From NCBI GenBank assembly GCA_963827655.1, contig CAWHCF010000047.1:1-64000 (forward strand): a DNA stretch of 64,000 nt, in the 5' to 3' direction. The position numbers and the translations under genes are program-made. Shown here piece by piece: positions 9,232-19,450 of this stretch. The stretch comes from an uncultured Acidobacteriota bacterium (lineage in GTDB: Bacteria; Acidobacteriota; UBA6911). Under the pieces are notes generated by a model, which saw nothing but the letters and a program-made list of their open reading frames with translations, was not told the DNA's origin and ran no database searches. Numbering within the stretch: the first letter of the stretch is position 1; every line of letters begins with the position of its first letter.

Positions 9232-10203
9232 TCAGATTGTTAGGACGACTCTGCCGAAGGGGCGGCCCTCAACCAGGTAACGCAGAGCATCAGCCGCTTC
9301 GGCCAGCGGGAAGGTCTTAGCCACGATCGGTTTGATTGCGCCGGATTGAAGTAGAGGGACGATAACATTCCAGGCGTCAGCCCAGACCGCCTGCGGCTGA
9401 GCGAACAGTATGAAGCTCTTGATGCTGGCCTGTTGCCAGATCAGATTTGTGACGTCAATGGTTGCCTTGCGGCCTCCCGAATATCCCAGTGTTGTGAGGC
9501 TTCCGCCCGGCGCAAGCGCTCCGAGCGCCTCGCTCAAGACTTCACCACCGACCCCGTCGATCACGATGTCTGCGCCGTAACCGCCCGTGATACGACGCAC
9601 GCCGTCACCCAGCTTCTCGAAAGACATATCAATGACCTCATTGAATCCGAGCGCCTTCGCCTGCTCGGCTTTCCCATGATTGGTCGTGCTTGAGATGGCG
9701 TGTTTTGCGCCCAAGGCACGCGCCAATTGCGTCACCGCGTTGCCGACCGATCCTCCGATCGCCGGCGCCAGCACGGTTTTGCCTGCCTGAAAACCAGCGA
9801 GGGTCAGAGCCATCTGCGCGGTGAGATACGCGACCGGAATACCTGCGGCGCTCACGTCGTCGACACCCTCAGGTATCAGGCAAAGGCTTTCCTTCCGTAC
9901 GGCAAGCCACTCACTGTAGGCTCCATCCTCAAAAACGCCATACGGCCCAGTGAACATCACACGTGAACCGATACGAAAGTCCGTTCCGCCTCCCTCCTCC
10001 ACCACGCCCGCTCCTTCGCCGCCTAGGACTAGCGGCGCCATCGCGAGGGGGAATTGGCCGGAGAGAATCGTATGCTCGAGGGGCGTGACGCCGGCTGCAG
10101 TCATTCGCAGCAGTACTTTTCCATCCGAGACCGCTGGTTTTGGAAGATCTACGGGCTTCAACCCTTCATAACCACTGAATTTTTCCGCTCTCATTGCACG
10201 CAT
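9232..10203 (-). CDS. NADPH:quinone reductase-like medium-chain dehydrogenase
   Basis: PLVLGGEGAG, IPVAYLTA, GGSVG and FGRVVL. Confidence 0.88.
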   Translation of the reverse strand: MRAMRAEKFSGYEGLKPVDLPKPAVSDGKVLLRMTAAGVTPLEHTILSGQFPLAMAPLVLGGEGAGVVEEGGGTDFRIGSRVMFTGPYGVFEDGAYSEWLAVRKESLCLIPEGVDDVSAAGIPVAYLTAQMALTLAGFQAGKTVLAPAIGGSVGNAVTQLARALGAKHAISSTTNHGKAEQAKALGFNEVIDMSFEKLGDGVRRITGGYGADIVIDGVGGEVLSEALGALAPGGSLTTLGYSGGRKATIDVTNLIWQQASIKSFILFAQPQAVWADAWNVIVPLLQSGAIKPIVAKTFPLAEAADALRYLVEGRPFGRVVLTI

Positions 10204-10232
10204 ATCAGTTCCCCTGTTTTTTGTCGGATGTA

Positions 10233-11126
10233 TTACGGTTTGGCCGCGCGCGCCGAAAGCCAGAGCGCTAGCCCCGGATTGACCCGCTCCGGATAGAGTT
10301 CCAGCATCTTGTCGTAGAGCTCTCGCGCGGTCGTCGTCGTCCCGGCTACGCGGTCGAAATCGCGGATGTACTGCCGGGTCTCTTCAATGATCTTGGGGTT
10401 GTCGTCGTTCCCAGGTCGCTTATGTCCGGCGATCACAGCGCGTGGGTTGAGCGACTCGATGGTGTCGAGCGCAGAGATCCACTCACGGCGGGTTTGCGCG
10501 TTTGACTCGGCGAGGTAGAGGTGAACGTCGTTATAGGCGACGTCGCCGGCGACCACCAGGCCGACCGACGGGACATGCACAACGGTCGTGTAATCGGTGT
10601 CGGTGTGTCCGACTTCCACCACGACTAAGTCGTACCCTTCGAGATCGATCACATTTCGCTTGAGCTCCTCGGCGATCAAAAGTCGGTCCGGGATCTGGCT
10701 TGGAAACCAGACGCTCCAGAAGTTCTCCACGAACTCTGGCGAGGCCTGCTGGCGCATGAGTTTCACAACATCCGGTGTGGCGACCACTCTGGCATTGGGG
10801 AAACGATCCAGGAGCGCTCCGATGCCAAAGAAATGGTCGCCGTGACCGTGAGTGACATAGATCGTGGTCAGGTTCTTGCCGCTCGCTGCGACCCAATCCA
10901 CCAGGGCGTCCGCCTGCTCGATGGTGATAAAGGCGTCGACGAGCACGGCGTCGCGTTTGCCGTAGATGAGGGTCGACGATATCGGGCTCCACATCCCCTG
11001 TTTCGCGCCCGGAGGCAGGTCGCTGGTGACCATAGGTATGCCGGGCGTCACGAAGACGTCCCAGTTCAGCGGAATGTCTCCTCGAGTTGCGACTTCAGTC
11101 ATAAGTTTGTTTCCCTTGTTAGTCAT
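10233..11126 (-). CDS. MBL-fold metallo-hydrolase
   Basis: THGHGDH, GHTD, AGD and IAGH. The start is ATG 11126 or 11102, because the start region is tandemly duplicated. Confidence 0.88.
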   Translation of the reverse strand: MTNKGNKLMTEVATRGDIPLNWDVFVTPGIPMVTSDLPPGAKQGMWSPISSTLIYGKRDAVLVDAFITIEQADALVDWVAASGKNLTTIYVTHGHGDHFFGIGALLDRFPNARVVATPDVVKLMRQQASPEFVENFWSVWFPSQIPDRLLIAEELKRNVIDLEGYDLVVVEVGHTDTDYTTVVHVPSVGLVVAGDVAYNDVHLYLAESNAQTRREWISALDTIESLNPRAVIAGHKRPGNDDNPKIIEETRQYIRDFDRVAGTTTTARELYDKMLELYPERVNPGLALWLSARAAKP

Positions 11127-11170
11127 AAGTTTGTTTTCCCTCGTTGGCCGAATTGACGGAAAGAGGTTCC

Positions 11171-11428
11171 CTATTGCCGCTGTTCCCGCGAGATCCACTC
11201 TCGGATATAGGGTGGGCAATGGAGGAGTTCAGTTCCTTCCTTCTCACACGTGCCCAGGAAGCGGACCACATGAACGTCCACAACCGTGACTTCTTCCAAA
11301 TCCAGGGTGACTTCAGGACCGCAGCTTCCCATCTGCTTTGTAATCTCGCCGAGATGCTCCGACCGCGCGCGCCCGATCAGGCGGATCCTGGTTCGTTCTC
11401 TATCCGAGCTCCGTTCGAGCTTTAACAT
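11171..11428 (-). CDS. STAS-like small protein
   Basis: 85 aa with LDLEEVTVVD...VRFL..CE..G..L..CP.YIREWI; lies directly downstream of a sigma54 promoter. Confidence 0.75.
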   Translation of the reverse strand: MLKLERSSDRERTRIRLIGRARSEHLGEITKQMGSCGPEVTLDLEEVTVVDVHVVRFLGTCEKEGTELLHCPPYIREWISREQRQ

Positions 11429-11724
11429 CCGAGACCTCTCGTCCTGCCTTGACGCAAGAATAGGGCCATCGACCAACTCACAGAATCCACATCATTTGTG
11501 ATTTAGCGTAATGACGGCGCTGTCAGAAAATGCTGATTTATCAGAAAAGAATGCTGAGGAATGCTGGGGGTGGTTAAGTCTTGAATCGGTATTTATCGAT
11601 TCCGAGGGCGGCAATCTTCGAATCCAAAGTCTGCCTGGGAATCCCGAGCTTCGCTGCGGCTCCGAATGGGCCGGAGATGCGGCCTCGCGACTCCCTTAGC
11701 GCGGCTTCAATCATCTCCCGTTCC
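11369..11724. repeat. Direct repeat copy 2 (intact context)
   Basis: Matches 1268-1610. Confidence 0.9.
11453..11468 (-). promoter_or_regulatory. Sigma54 (-24/-12) promoter
   Basis: Minus strand TGGCCCTATTCTTGCG, next to a sigma54 activator gene. Confidence 0.75.
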
Positions 11725-13913
11725 TGGTCGAGCGGACTTGGGGTCAAGAACTGTGTGGCGCCTGGGGATCGGGGTGGATCATGCTTGAACCAACTCTCGT
11801 CGACAGAGAGCGTATCGCCCTCGCATAGGATGACGGCCCTCTCAAGGACGTTCTGCAGCTCACGGATATTACCCGGCCATCTGTAGGCTTTGAACAGAGC
11901 GAGGGTCGCCTTCTCGACGTGCCTGATCTTCTTGCCTGCCCTCTTCGCGGAGCGTGCCACCAGGTATTCCACGAGCAAGGGAATATCATCGGCCCGTTCG
12001 CGCAGCGACGGAACGCCGATGGGAAATACATTCAGCCTATAAAACAGATCTTCGCGGAAACTGCCGTTCGCCACCGCAGCCTTCAGGTCGCGGTTCGTGG
12101 CGGCCAACAGACGCACGTCGACGGAAATCGGCCGGTTGCTCCCGACTCTTTCAAACTCGCGCTCCTGAAGGACCCGTAAGAGGGCGATCTGAGTTTCGGC
12201 GGGCAAGTCGCCCACTTCATCGAGGAAAAGCGTGCCACCGTCCGCCGCTTCGAAACGTCCTACCCGCCTCTGGAGCGCCCCGCTGAATGCGCCTTTCTCG
12301 TGTCCGAACAATTCGGAAGCGATTAGCCCCTGCGGGATCGCCGCGCAATTCACGCGGATAAAAGCTCGCGTCGCCCGTTTCGACTTGGCGTAAATGGCAC
12401 GAGCGAGCAGTTCTTTCCCGGTGCCGGTCTCGCCGAACAGCAGAACCGTGGAATCGGTCGGCGCCACTTTCGCAATCTGGGACAACACCCTCCGCAGCCC
12501 ATCGGACGACCCGACAATCTCCTCAAACCTGGAAGACCGGTCAATTTCCTCGCGTAGCGCCAGATTCTCCTTTTGAATCCGGTCTTCCACCTGCTTGCGA
12601 TCCTCGATATCGGTCCCGGTGGCGTACCAACGAATGACGCGGCCCAGTTCGTCCCGGAAAGGGTTATAGCGGATGAGGAACCAACGATACTGGCCATCAT
12701 GCCGGCGCACTCGTTGTTCGAGTTCAAATGGGATTCCCGCCGCGAGCCCTTCCTGACGTTCGTTTCTTACCCTTTCCACGTCCTCGGGATGGAAGAGCCT
12801 CTCGCGAAAGTCAGGGGAGGTAACGTCTTCCAGACCGAGGCCGGCGTATTCGAGCGTCACCTTGTTGGCGTACAGCGTCCGTCCGTCGACTCCGAGCACG
12901 TTGATCGCTTGCGGTATGGCGTCCGTGATGCGACGCAGTTCCGCTTCCGATTCCCGAATCTCGTCAAGGGCCTTTCTCAGAGCTTCCTGAGAGCGCTGAC
13001 GTTCAATGGCGATCCGTGCGATGTGCCCTGCGCTCTCGATCAGCTCGAGATCGGCATCCGTGGGTATCCGCGGCTCGGAGGCGTATAGAGCGAAGGTGCC
13101 AAGCAACTGGCCATCCTTCGTCAGAATCGGCTGGGACCATGCCGCACGCAACCCGTTCTTGATGGCGAGATCTCGATATTCATCGGGCCAGATCGGATCA
13201 GTTGCGATGTCGGCCACAATGACCCGTTCTTTCAGAAACGCGGCAGCGCCGCAGCAACCTTCGCGCTGACCAATTGGCCGCGGGCTGACCGCTGGGAGCC
13301 AATCGCTTGGAACGTGAGGGCCGGCAGCATGCCAAAGCCGTTTCCCATCCGGATCCATCAACAGGACCGTTGAAATCATCGCGGGAGCCTGAACGTCGAT
13401 AGAACTGCACAGATTGTTCAGTACGTCCTCGAGGCTTGCGCCGTCGGCGATCATCTCAAGCGTCCGCCTTTCAATAGCGCGTAGCGACTCGGTCCGTTTT
13501 CGATCTTCAATATCGGTCGCCGTCCCGTACCACTCGACAACTTTGCGGGCTTCGTCGCGGAGCGGTTCGACCCGGAACAGGAACCACCGATAGACGCCGT
13601 CGGAGCGCCGTAACCGCGCCTCGCTCTCGCCGGACTCACCAGAGGCACGTAGTGTCTCCCATTTCGCCATCAAGCTGCCGAGGTCGTCGGGATGAATCGC
13701 GGCCTTCCATCCCCAGCCGAGGCCTTCCTGAATAGAGAGACCCGTGTAGTCATGCCATCGCCGATTCAAGAATTCGTTGGAGCCGCCCGGCCGGGCACAC
13801 CACGCAAGCGTGGGGATTGCGTCGATGATGTGAAGGTTAGCTTCCGACAGTCCGAGACCGTCGAAAGCTCTCTCGGTGTTTCCTCTTTGCGCTCTCTGCT
13901 GGTCGAAATCCAT
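11574..13913 (-). CDS. Sigma54-dependent transcriptional activator (PAS-GAF-PAS-AAA+-HTH)
   Basis: GETGTGKE, SELFGHEKGAFSGA, LFLDEVGD, WPGNIREL and two PAS-PAC domains. The start is uncertain (13913 or 13964). Confidence 0.93.
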   Translation of the reverse strand: MDFDQQRAQRGNTERAFDGLGLSEANLHIIDAIPTLAWCARPGGSNEFLNRRWHDYTGLSIQEGLGWGWKAAIHPDDLGSLMAKWETLRASGESGESEARLRRSDGVYRWFLFRVEPLRDEARKVVEWYGTATDIEDRKRTESLRAIERRTLEMIADGASLEDVLNNLCSSIDVQAPAMISTVLLMDPDGKRLWHAAGPHVPSDWLPAVSPRPIGQREGCCGAAAFLKERVIVADIATDPIWPDEYRDLAIKNGLRAAWSQPILTKDGQLLGTFALYASEPRIPTDADLELIESAGHIARIAIERQRSQEALRKALDEIRESEAELRRITDAIPQAINVLGVDGRTLYANKVTLEYAGLGLEDVTSPDFRERLFHPEDVERVRNERQEGLAAGIPFELEQRVRRHDGQYRWFLIRYNPFRDELGRVIRWYATGTDIEDRKQVEDRIQKENLALREEIDRSSRFEEIVGSSDGLRRVLSQIAKVAPTDSTVLLFGETGTGKELLARAIYAKSKRATRAFIRVNCAAIPQGLIASELFGHEKGAFSGALQRRVGRFEAADGGTLFLDEVGDLPAETQIALLRVLQEREFERVGSNRPISVDVRLLAATNRDLKAAVANGSFREDLFYRLNVFPIGVPSLRERADDIPLLVEYLVARSAKRAGKKIRHVEKATLALFKAYRWPGNIRELQNVLERAVILCEGDTLSVDESWFKHDPPRSPGATQFLTPSPLDQEREMIEAALRESRGRISGPFGAAAKLGIPRQTLDSKIAALGIDKYRFKT

Positions 13914-14074
13914 CAAGGCAAGTGAAGACGTTGGGATAAATACCTTTAGGTTCAAGACGTTCAATTGAACGCTTTCTACAGTTTCATTTTATGCCTGTTT
14001 TCGGCGCGGCGCAAAGAGGCGATCTCGACGGTCACGGCTGCGATCTGGAACCTCCGTGATAGCGGACATGACCA

Positions 14075-14345
14075 CGCGACCCCTTTCCTTGACGGATGTG
14101 GATCACCATGCGCTGGCTATCGATGTCACTCACCTTAAGCAGGGATGCCTCAGTCCGGCGCATGCCAGTCCCATAAAGAACCATCAGGATCGTGCGATGC
14201 ATGAGGTCGGATGGCGCTTCGATCAGCCGCGTCACTTCCTCGCGGCTGAGCACTGTGGGCAGCTTCCTGGGCTTTTTTGGAAACGGCAGATCGTCGAAGG
14301 TCAGATGCCGGCGCTTGAGCGTCTTCCTGTAGAGGAACCGCTGAA
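14075..14345 (-). pseudogene. Tyrosine recombinase/integrase fragment
   Basis: RFLYRKTLKR..PKKPRKLPTVLSREEV..LYGTGMRRTE..LKVSDID..IHIRQGKG. Truncated at both ends; the C-terminal catalytic HxxR and Tyr are missing. Confidence 0.85.
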
Positions 14346-14439
14346 GCTCCGCCTTATCACAGCACTCTCCAAGGGAAAGGCTCTGAGGAAAGAGTGGCGC
14401 AGATGCATTGGCAAAGGGTACGCCTGCTCGCAGGCTGAC

Positions 14440-16278
14440 TCAGCGGGCCCCGAGCGTCCGGTCCAGGTTGAAGGCAGCGCTAATCAAGGCCAGGTGCGTG
14501 AACGCCTGGGGGAAGTTGCCCAGAGCCTCGCCGCTATTGCCGGTCTGCTCAGCGTACAGGCCGAGGTGATTGGCATACCCGAGCATCTGTTCGAAGAGCA
14601 ACCGTGCATCGTCCAGGCGTACCGGATCGGTGCGGCCGGCGCGGGTGAGGGCCTCGACCAGCCAGAACGAGCACATGTTGAAAGTACCCTCGCGGCCGGG
14701 CAGGCCGTCCGGCGCGGCCGCGGGATCGTAACGATAGATGAGGCCGTCCGCAGCGAGGCCGCCCGCGGTCAAGGGCCGACGGATCATGTCCACGGTGCTC
14801 AGCATGCGCGGGTCGTTCGGAGCCATGAAGAACACCAGCGGCATCAGCAGGCTTGACGCGTCCAGGACCTCGGAACCGTAGGCCTGAACAAACGCCTTAC
14901 GACGTGTGTCCCATCCCTCGGCCATGACTTGCTCGTAGATCTCATCGCGGACCCTCAGCCAGCGTGCCCGGTCGGCGGGGAAGGAGCGCTTGTCGGCCAG
15001 TCGCAGGCTGCGGTCCAGGGCCACCCAGGACATCACTTTCGAGTAGACAAACTGCCGCCGACCGCCGCGCACTTCCCAGATGCCCTCGTCCGCGTGTTTC
15101 CAATTGTCACACAACCATTCCACCAGCCGCCGCAGGCGCGTCCACTCATCATAGCTGATAGGCTCAACGTACTTGTTGTGGAGGTAGACCGCGTCCATCA
15201 GTTCGCCATAAATGTCCAGTTGCAGTTGGCGATAGGCCCCGTTGCCGATCCGCACCGGGCGCGAGCCCCGATACCCCTCAAGGTGGTCAAGCGTCTCCTC
15301 CGTGAGTTCCGTCCGGCCATCGATGCTGTACATGAGCTGCAAGGGGCCACCCCACCCATCTCCCTCTTCTTGCCAACGGTCCTTCAGCCAGTCCCGGAAC
15401 CGGACCGCCTCCTCAGTGAAGCCAATACGCAGCAGGGCGTACAGCGTGAACGCCGCATCACGGATCCAGCTGTAGCGGTAATCCCAGTTGCGCGGGCCAC
15501 CAATCGCCTCGGGCAGGCTGCAGGTGGGGGCCGCCACGATGGCCCCCGTCGGCTCGAATGACAGGAGCTTGAGCGTCAGGGCAGAACGATGGACGACTTC
15601 GCGCCAGCGGCCTTTGTAGGTGCATTTGGCCAACCAGCGACGCCAGTAAGCAACGGTGTCGCGGAATAACTCCTCCGCCTCGCCGGCGCCGGGACAAGGC
15701 CACTGTCGATCTTCGGGGCGGAGCCGGCGCAACGCAAATACAGCCTTCTCTCCCTCCCCGAGCGTGAAGTCGGCAATCACGCCGCCATTGTCGAGCCTGA
15801 GCGGCATAGGAGCGGCCAGACCAAGGCTCAGCCCGGGCCCGTCGAAGCGGGCGCCTTGCTCGCTGAGATGAGTTTGGTGCTTGGCGCGGGCGTAGTCGAA
15901 AGCGGGGCGGCACTCCATGCGAAAAGGGACACGGCCGCGGACTACACGGACTCGCCGGATCAGTTCCTCCGGCACCGCGCCAACGCCGCGGACAGGCATG
16001 TAATCCTCGACCTCACCCACCCCCTCGTCGTGCAGAAAGCGCGTGATGAGAATGGTTGTGTCAGGCCAGTAGAACTGCTTGTGCCGGAAATTGTCGCCGG
16101 CCGGGGCAATCCGGAAGCGCCCACCCTTCCGTTCGTCCAGGATGGCGGCGAAGACGCTCGGAGAATCGAATTGTGGCAAGCACAGCCAGTCAATCGACCC
16201 ATCCATCCCCACCAGCGCCGCCGTGCGCATGTTGCCGATCACGCCGTAATTCTCGATGGGCTGGTAACGCGATTCCAT
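14440..16278 (-). CDS. Glycoside hydrolase family 15 (glucoamylase/trehalase-like)
   Basis: [25 protein letters not shown] and GNFPQAFTH. Confidence 0.93.
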   Translation of the reverse strand: MESRYQPIENYGVIGNMRTAALVGMDGSIDWLCLPQFDSPSVFAAILDERKGGRFRIAPAGDNFRHKQFYWPDTTILITRFLHDEGVGEVEDYMPVRGVGAVPEELIRRVRVVRGRVPFRMECRPAFDYARAKHQTHLSEQGARFDGPGLSLGLAAPMPLRLDNGGVIADFTLGEGEKAVFALRRLRPEDRQWPCPGAGEAEELFRDTVAYWRRWLAKCTYKGRWREVVHRSALTLKLLSFEPTGAIVAAPTCSLPEAIGGPRNWDYRYSWIRDAAFTLYALLRIGFTEEAVRFRDWLKDRWQEEGDGWGGPLQLMYSIDGRTELTEETLDHLEGYRGSRPVRIGNGAYRQLQLDIYGELMDAVYLHNKYVEPISYDEWTRLRRLVEWLCDNWKHADEGIWEVRGGRRQFVYSKVMSWVALDRSLRLADKRSFPADRARWLRVRDEIYEQVMAEGWDTRRKAFVQAYGSEVLDASSLLMPLVFFMAPNDPRMLSTVDMIRRPLTAGGLAADGLIYRYDPAAAPDGLPGREGTFNMCSFWLVEALTRAGRTDPVRLDDARLLFEQMLGYANHLGLYAEQTGNSGEALGNFPQAFTHLALISAAFNLDRTLGAR

Positions 16279-16683
16279 CACGACATCCTCCCGCCCCTGA
16301 CTTAGCCTCTCTCCCTGGGCCAGAGAGGGCTCAGGGGCTCGCATCTTGCGGAACCTCAGGCCGGCTTCAGGCGTCGTCCCAGTGCTCTCAAACCAGGATC
16401 AGGCGCTTGTCGAGTCAAGCAGGTGAGCTTGGACGATGATCTCGGATGGCTCCTCGTGGGGCCGGGTTTGAAACGGGGTGCCGACCCAGCCGCGTCCGTT
16501 CCCAGGTGCCGATAGCTACACGTCGTCTCGGTGTCGGCAAAGGCGAAAAAACTCGTGGTCTCGCCGCGCTATGGGCCACGCGTCTCAGTTCCGCATACCC
16601 CGCCTGTCCGTGGAGCAGTCTGTTAATAGCCATGATGGCCGGTTGCGGCACGGCCTTGCCCACCACGATCCCCTCCATCATAT

Positions 16684-16757
16684 ATCAATAGGAATTTGCT
16701 TCAACATGCTGATGGGGGATAGATCCTGATGGGGTGTTGAAGCAAATTCCTATTGAT
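16684..16757. repeat. 74-bp palindromic element (23-bp perfect inverted repeats, 28-bp core), copy 1
   Basis: ATCAATAGGAATTTGCTTCAACA ... TGTTGAAGCAAATTCCTATTGAT; identical to 24741-24814. Confidence 0.92.
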
Positions 16758-16856
16758 CGGGTCAAGTGCGGTACAGGACAATGTCGCGCTAAAGTGTGAT
16801 GGAATAGCCCGCAGGGAGTAGAACGAGACGCCAGCTGTCTAGCAGGAGAATCAACC

Positions 16857-17840
16857 ATGCAACTCGGCATGATCGGTTTGGGAAGAATGGGTGGCAACAT
16901 GGTACGCCGTTTAATGCGCGGCGGGCATGAATGCGTCGTCTTCGACCTCAATCCAGAGAATGTCAAGCAGTTAGCCAGTGAAGGCGCGACCGGCGCGGCC
17001 TCGCTCGAAGAGTTCGTCAGTTGTCTCCGCAAGCCGCGCGCAGTATGGGTCATGGTTCCGGCAGGCGATCCGACGGAACAGACCGTGACGGCGTTAGCAC
17101 GGCAGATGGAAGCAGGCGACCGTATCATTGATGGCGGTAATTCATACTTCAAAGACGATGTGCGCCGTGCGCGGGCATTAAAAGAACGCGGCATTTATTA
17201 TCTTGATGTGGGCACGTCGGGCGGCATCTGGGGAGTCGAGCGTGGTTACTGCATGATGATCGGCGGTGAAGAAGAGGCGGTGCGGCATCTCGATCCAATC
17301 TTCAAAACGCTTGCGCCCGGTCGCAGTGACATTGCGCGCACGCCGGGACGCGAGAACATGCAGAGCACAGCAGAGGACGGCTATCTTCATTGCGGCCCAT
17401 CGGGAGCCGGGCATTTCGTCAAGATGGTGCATAACGGCATGGAGTACGGCTTGATGCAGGCTTATGCCGAAGGCTTCGATATTTTCCGCAACGCCAACTC
17501 GAAAGAGCTGCCGGAAGAACATCGCTACGAACTCAACGTCGCGGACATCGCGGAGGTGTGGCGGCGCGGCAGCGTCGTCGCTTCATGGCTGCTCGATCTC
17601 ACGGCGATGGCACTTCTGGAAAACCCCACGCTTTCAAACTACACCGGCACCGTGCAGGATTCGGGCGAGGGACGTTGGACGATCATCGCTGCCATTGAAG
17701 AGGCCGTACCCGTCAACGTGCTTTCGGCGGCGCTCTACACGCGCTTCCGCTCGCGGCAAGAACACAGCTTTGCGGAAAAGATTTTGTCGGCGATGCGGCA
17801 CAAGTTCGGCGGCCACGTCGAACGCCCAGCAGGAGGTTGA
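16857..17840 (+). CDS. gnd: 6-phosphogluconate dehydrogenase (decarboxylating, short form), copy 1
   Basis: [28 protein letters not shown] and DSGEGRW. Confidence 0.95.
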   Translation: MQLGMIGLGRMGGNMVRRLMRGGHECVVFDLNPENVKQLASEGATGAASLEEFVSCLRKPRAVWVMVPAGDPTEQTVTALARQMEAGDRIIDGGNSYFKDDVRRARALKERGIYYLDVGTSGGIWGVERGYCMMIGGEEEAVRHLDPIFKTLAPGRSDIARTPGRENMQSTAEDGYLHCGPSGAGHFVKMVHNGMEYGLMQAYAEGFDIFRNANSKELPEEHRYELNVADIAEVWRRGSVVASWLLDLTAMALLENPTLSNYTGTVQDSGEGRWTIIAAIEEAVPVNVLSAALYTRFRSRQEHSFAEKILSAMRHKFGGHVERPAGG

Positions 17841-17899
17841 TTCTCACCGATGATACAGGGAAATTGTAAGTGTTTTGATAGGAGCAGCAATGTCACCAA

Positions 17900-18497
17900 T
17901 CGTCGAAGCCGAAGGCACGCCGCAGCCGACGGCGCACATCCACAAACTCTACGGGACTGGGGACAGTAATGCGCTGAAGGCCGCATATGCGCGAACTGTT
18001 TGCTGGCGCGGCGACTGCTCGAACGCGGTGTGCGCTACGTCAGTTCTTTGCGCGTCGCGGGCGAGCGGCATTGACGGCTTGCTAACTGGGACGCGCATCG
18101 CACATAGAAGACCGATTACGAGCGTCATTGCCGATTTTTGATCAGCGACGGCGGCCTGCTCACGACTGAAAAGCGCGGCATGCTAATGATGTGTGACGCT
18201 TTGGATACGAATTCGGGCGCATGCCGACGCATCAGGAAGGCACAACAGGCCGCGATCACAACCGGACGGCTTCACCGTATGGCTGATGGGCGCGGGCGTC
18301 AAAAGCGGCGTCAGCTACGGCGCCACCGATGAATTCGGGCGGCGCGCAGTCGAAAACGTCGCTACGGTTTACGATTTTTATGCGACTGTTTTGCATCTGC
18401 TCGGATTGGATCACGAGCGGCTGACTTACTATCACAACGGCGCCGACGCCGGCTGACAGATGTGCATGGTCACGTGATTCGGGAGGCGCTGGCTTAA
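17900..18497 (+). pseudogene. DUF1501 family C-terminal part, heavily frameshifted
   Basis: Across frames it reads CLLARRLLERGVRYV..NWDAH, then [20 protein letters not shown] and [17 protein letters not shown]. Confidence 0.8.
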
Positions 18498-18545
18498 GAG
18501 ACAGCTCGCGCGCGCGCCGACCTGGGCATCACCGGAGACTCAACG

Positions 18546-19450
18546 ATGAAAATCAATACGAACCAGCTTGTCTTTGCCCTGACTCATTTTGTGCTTGAGC
18601 ATGGCCGCATCAACCTATGCGCAACAGCCCGTGATTCCCTTGTATCGGCGTCGCGCCGTGTTCGGAGAACGCCAAACAAAAAGAAATTTCGTTAGTCAAT
18701 CCCGACAAACAAGCTGCATTCGCAACGTTACGCAACTTACGCTGACAGCTATTTGCCGAACGCAGCAAGGCCAACGGTACGGCGATTATCGTCGCGCCGG
18801 GCGGCGGTTTTATGCATTAGCATGGAAAAAGAAGGCTCCGATATGGCGCGTTGGCTGCAGCGCGCGGCGTCGCGTCCTTTGTGCTGAAAGATCGTTGATG
18901 GATACAGGCACGGAAGAAGAATACTGCGAGCGAACTGCTGGGACGGTGCGCACGACGCGGCCCAATTCAACGACGCCGGCGACGCTGCCTGCGCCTAATC
19001 CCGCGAGGCGCCAAGCCGTCGAGTTCGCCATCGCGGATGGCGCGCAAGCCGTCATACTTGTTCGCCAGAGGGCGGCGGAATGGGGCATTGCCCCCGACCG
19101 CATAGGCCTGATGGGTTTCTCGGCAGGCGGCATGCTACTATGGGCGTGATCATGAAAAATGACGCAGCGAGCCGCCCAACTTTGCGGCGCCGATTTATGG
19201 CGGCGCCACGAACGGACAAACCGTCGTGGCGGACGCGCTGCCCTGTTCATTGCCGTCGCCAGTGACGATTCGGTAGCCGCTGTCAGCAGCGCCAAACTTA
19301 TTTGGAATGGAAAGCAGACGGGCGTAGCGCCGAATTGCACATATATCGCAGGGCGGTCATGGATCCGGCATGACCAAACGCGGCTTGCCAGTGGATGGTT
19401 GGGTTGAGCGCTTTGGCGAATGGCTGCAAATACAAGGCCTACTCAAGTGA
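18546..19450 (+). pseudogene. Alpha/beta hydrolase (esterase-like), heavily frameshifted
   Basis: RNVTQ, APGGGF, and VRQRAAEWGIAPDRIGLMGFSAGG with the GxSxG nucleophile motif. Confidence 0.78.

Noticed and set aside
14032-14345. Active integron or prophage integrase
   Set aside because: Only an internal fragment lacking the catalytic C-terminus; no attC array or phage genes seen.
16345-16683. Small ORFs upstream of GH15
   Set aside because: No recognisable motif in any frame.
16707-16734. Rho-independent terminator or library adapter explanation for the 74-bp palindrome
   Set aside because: The stem and loop are too long for a typical terminator and there is no U-tract. It does not match an adapter sequence I recognise, though I cannot exclude one without a search.
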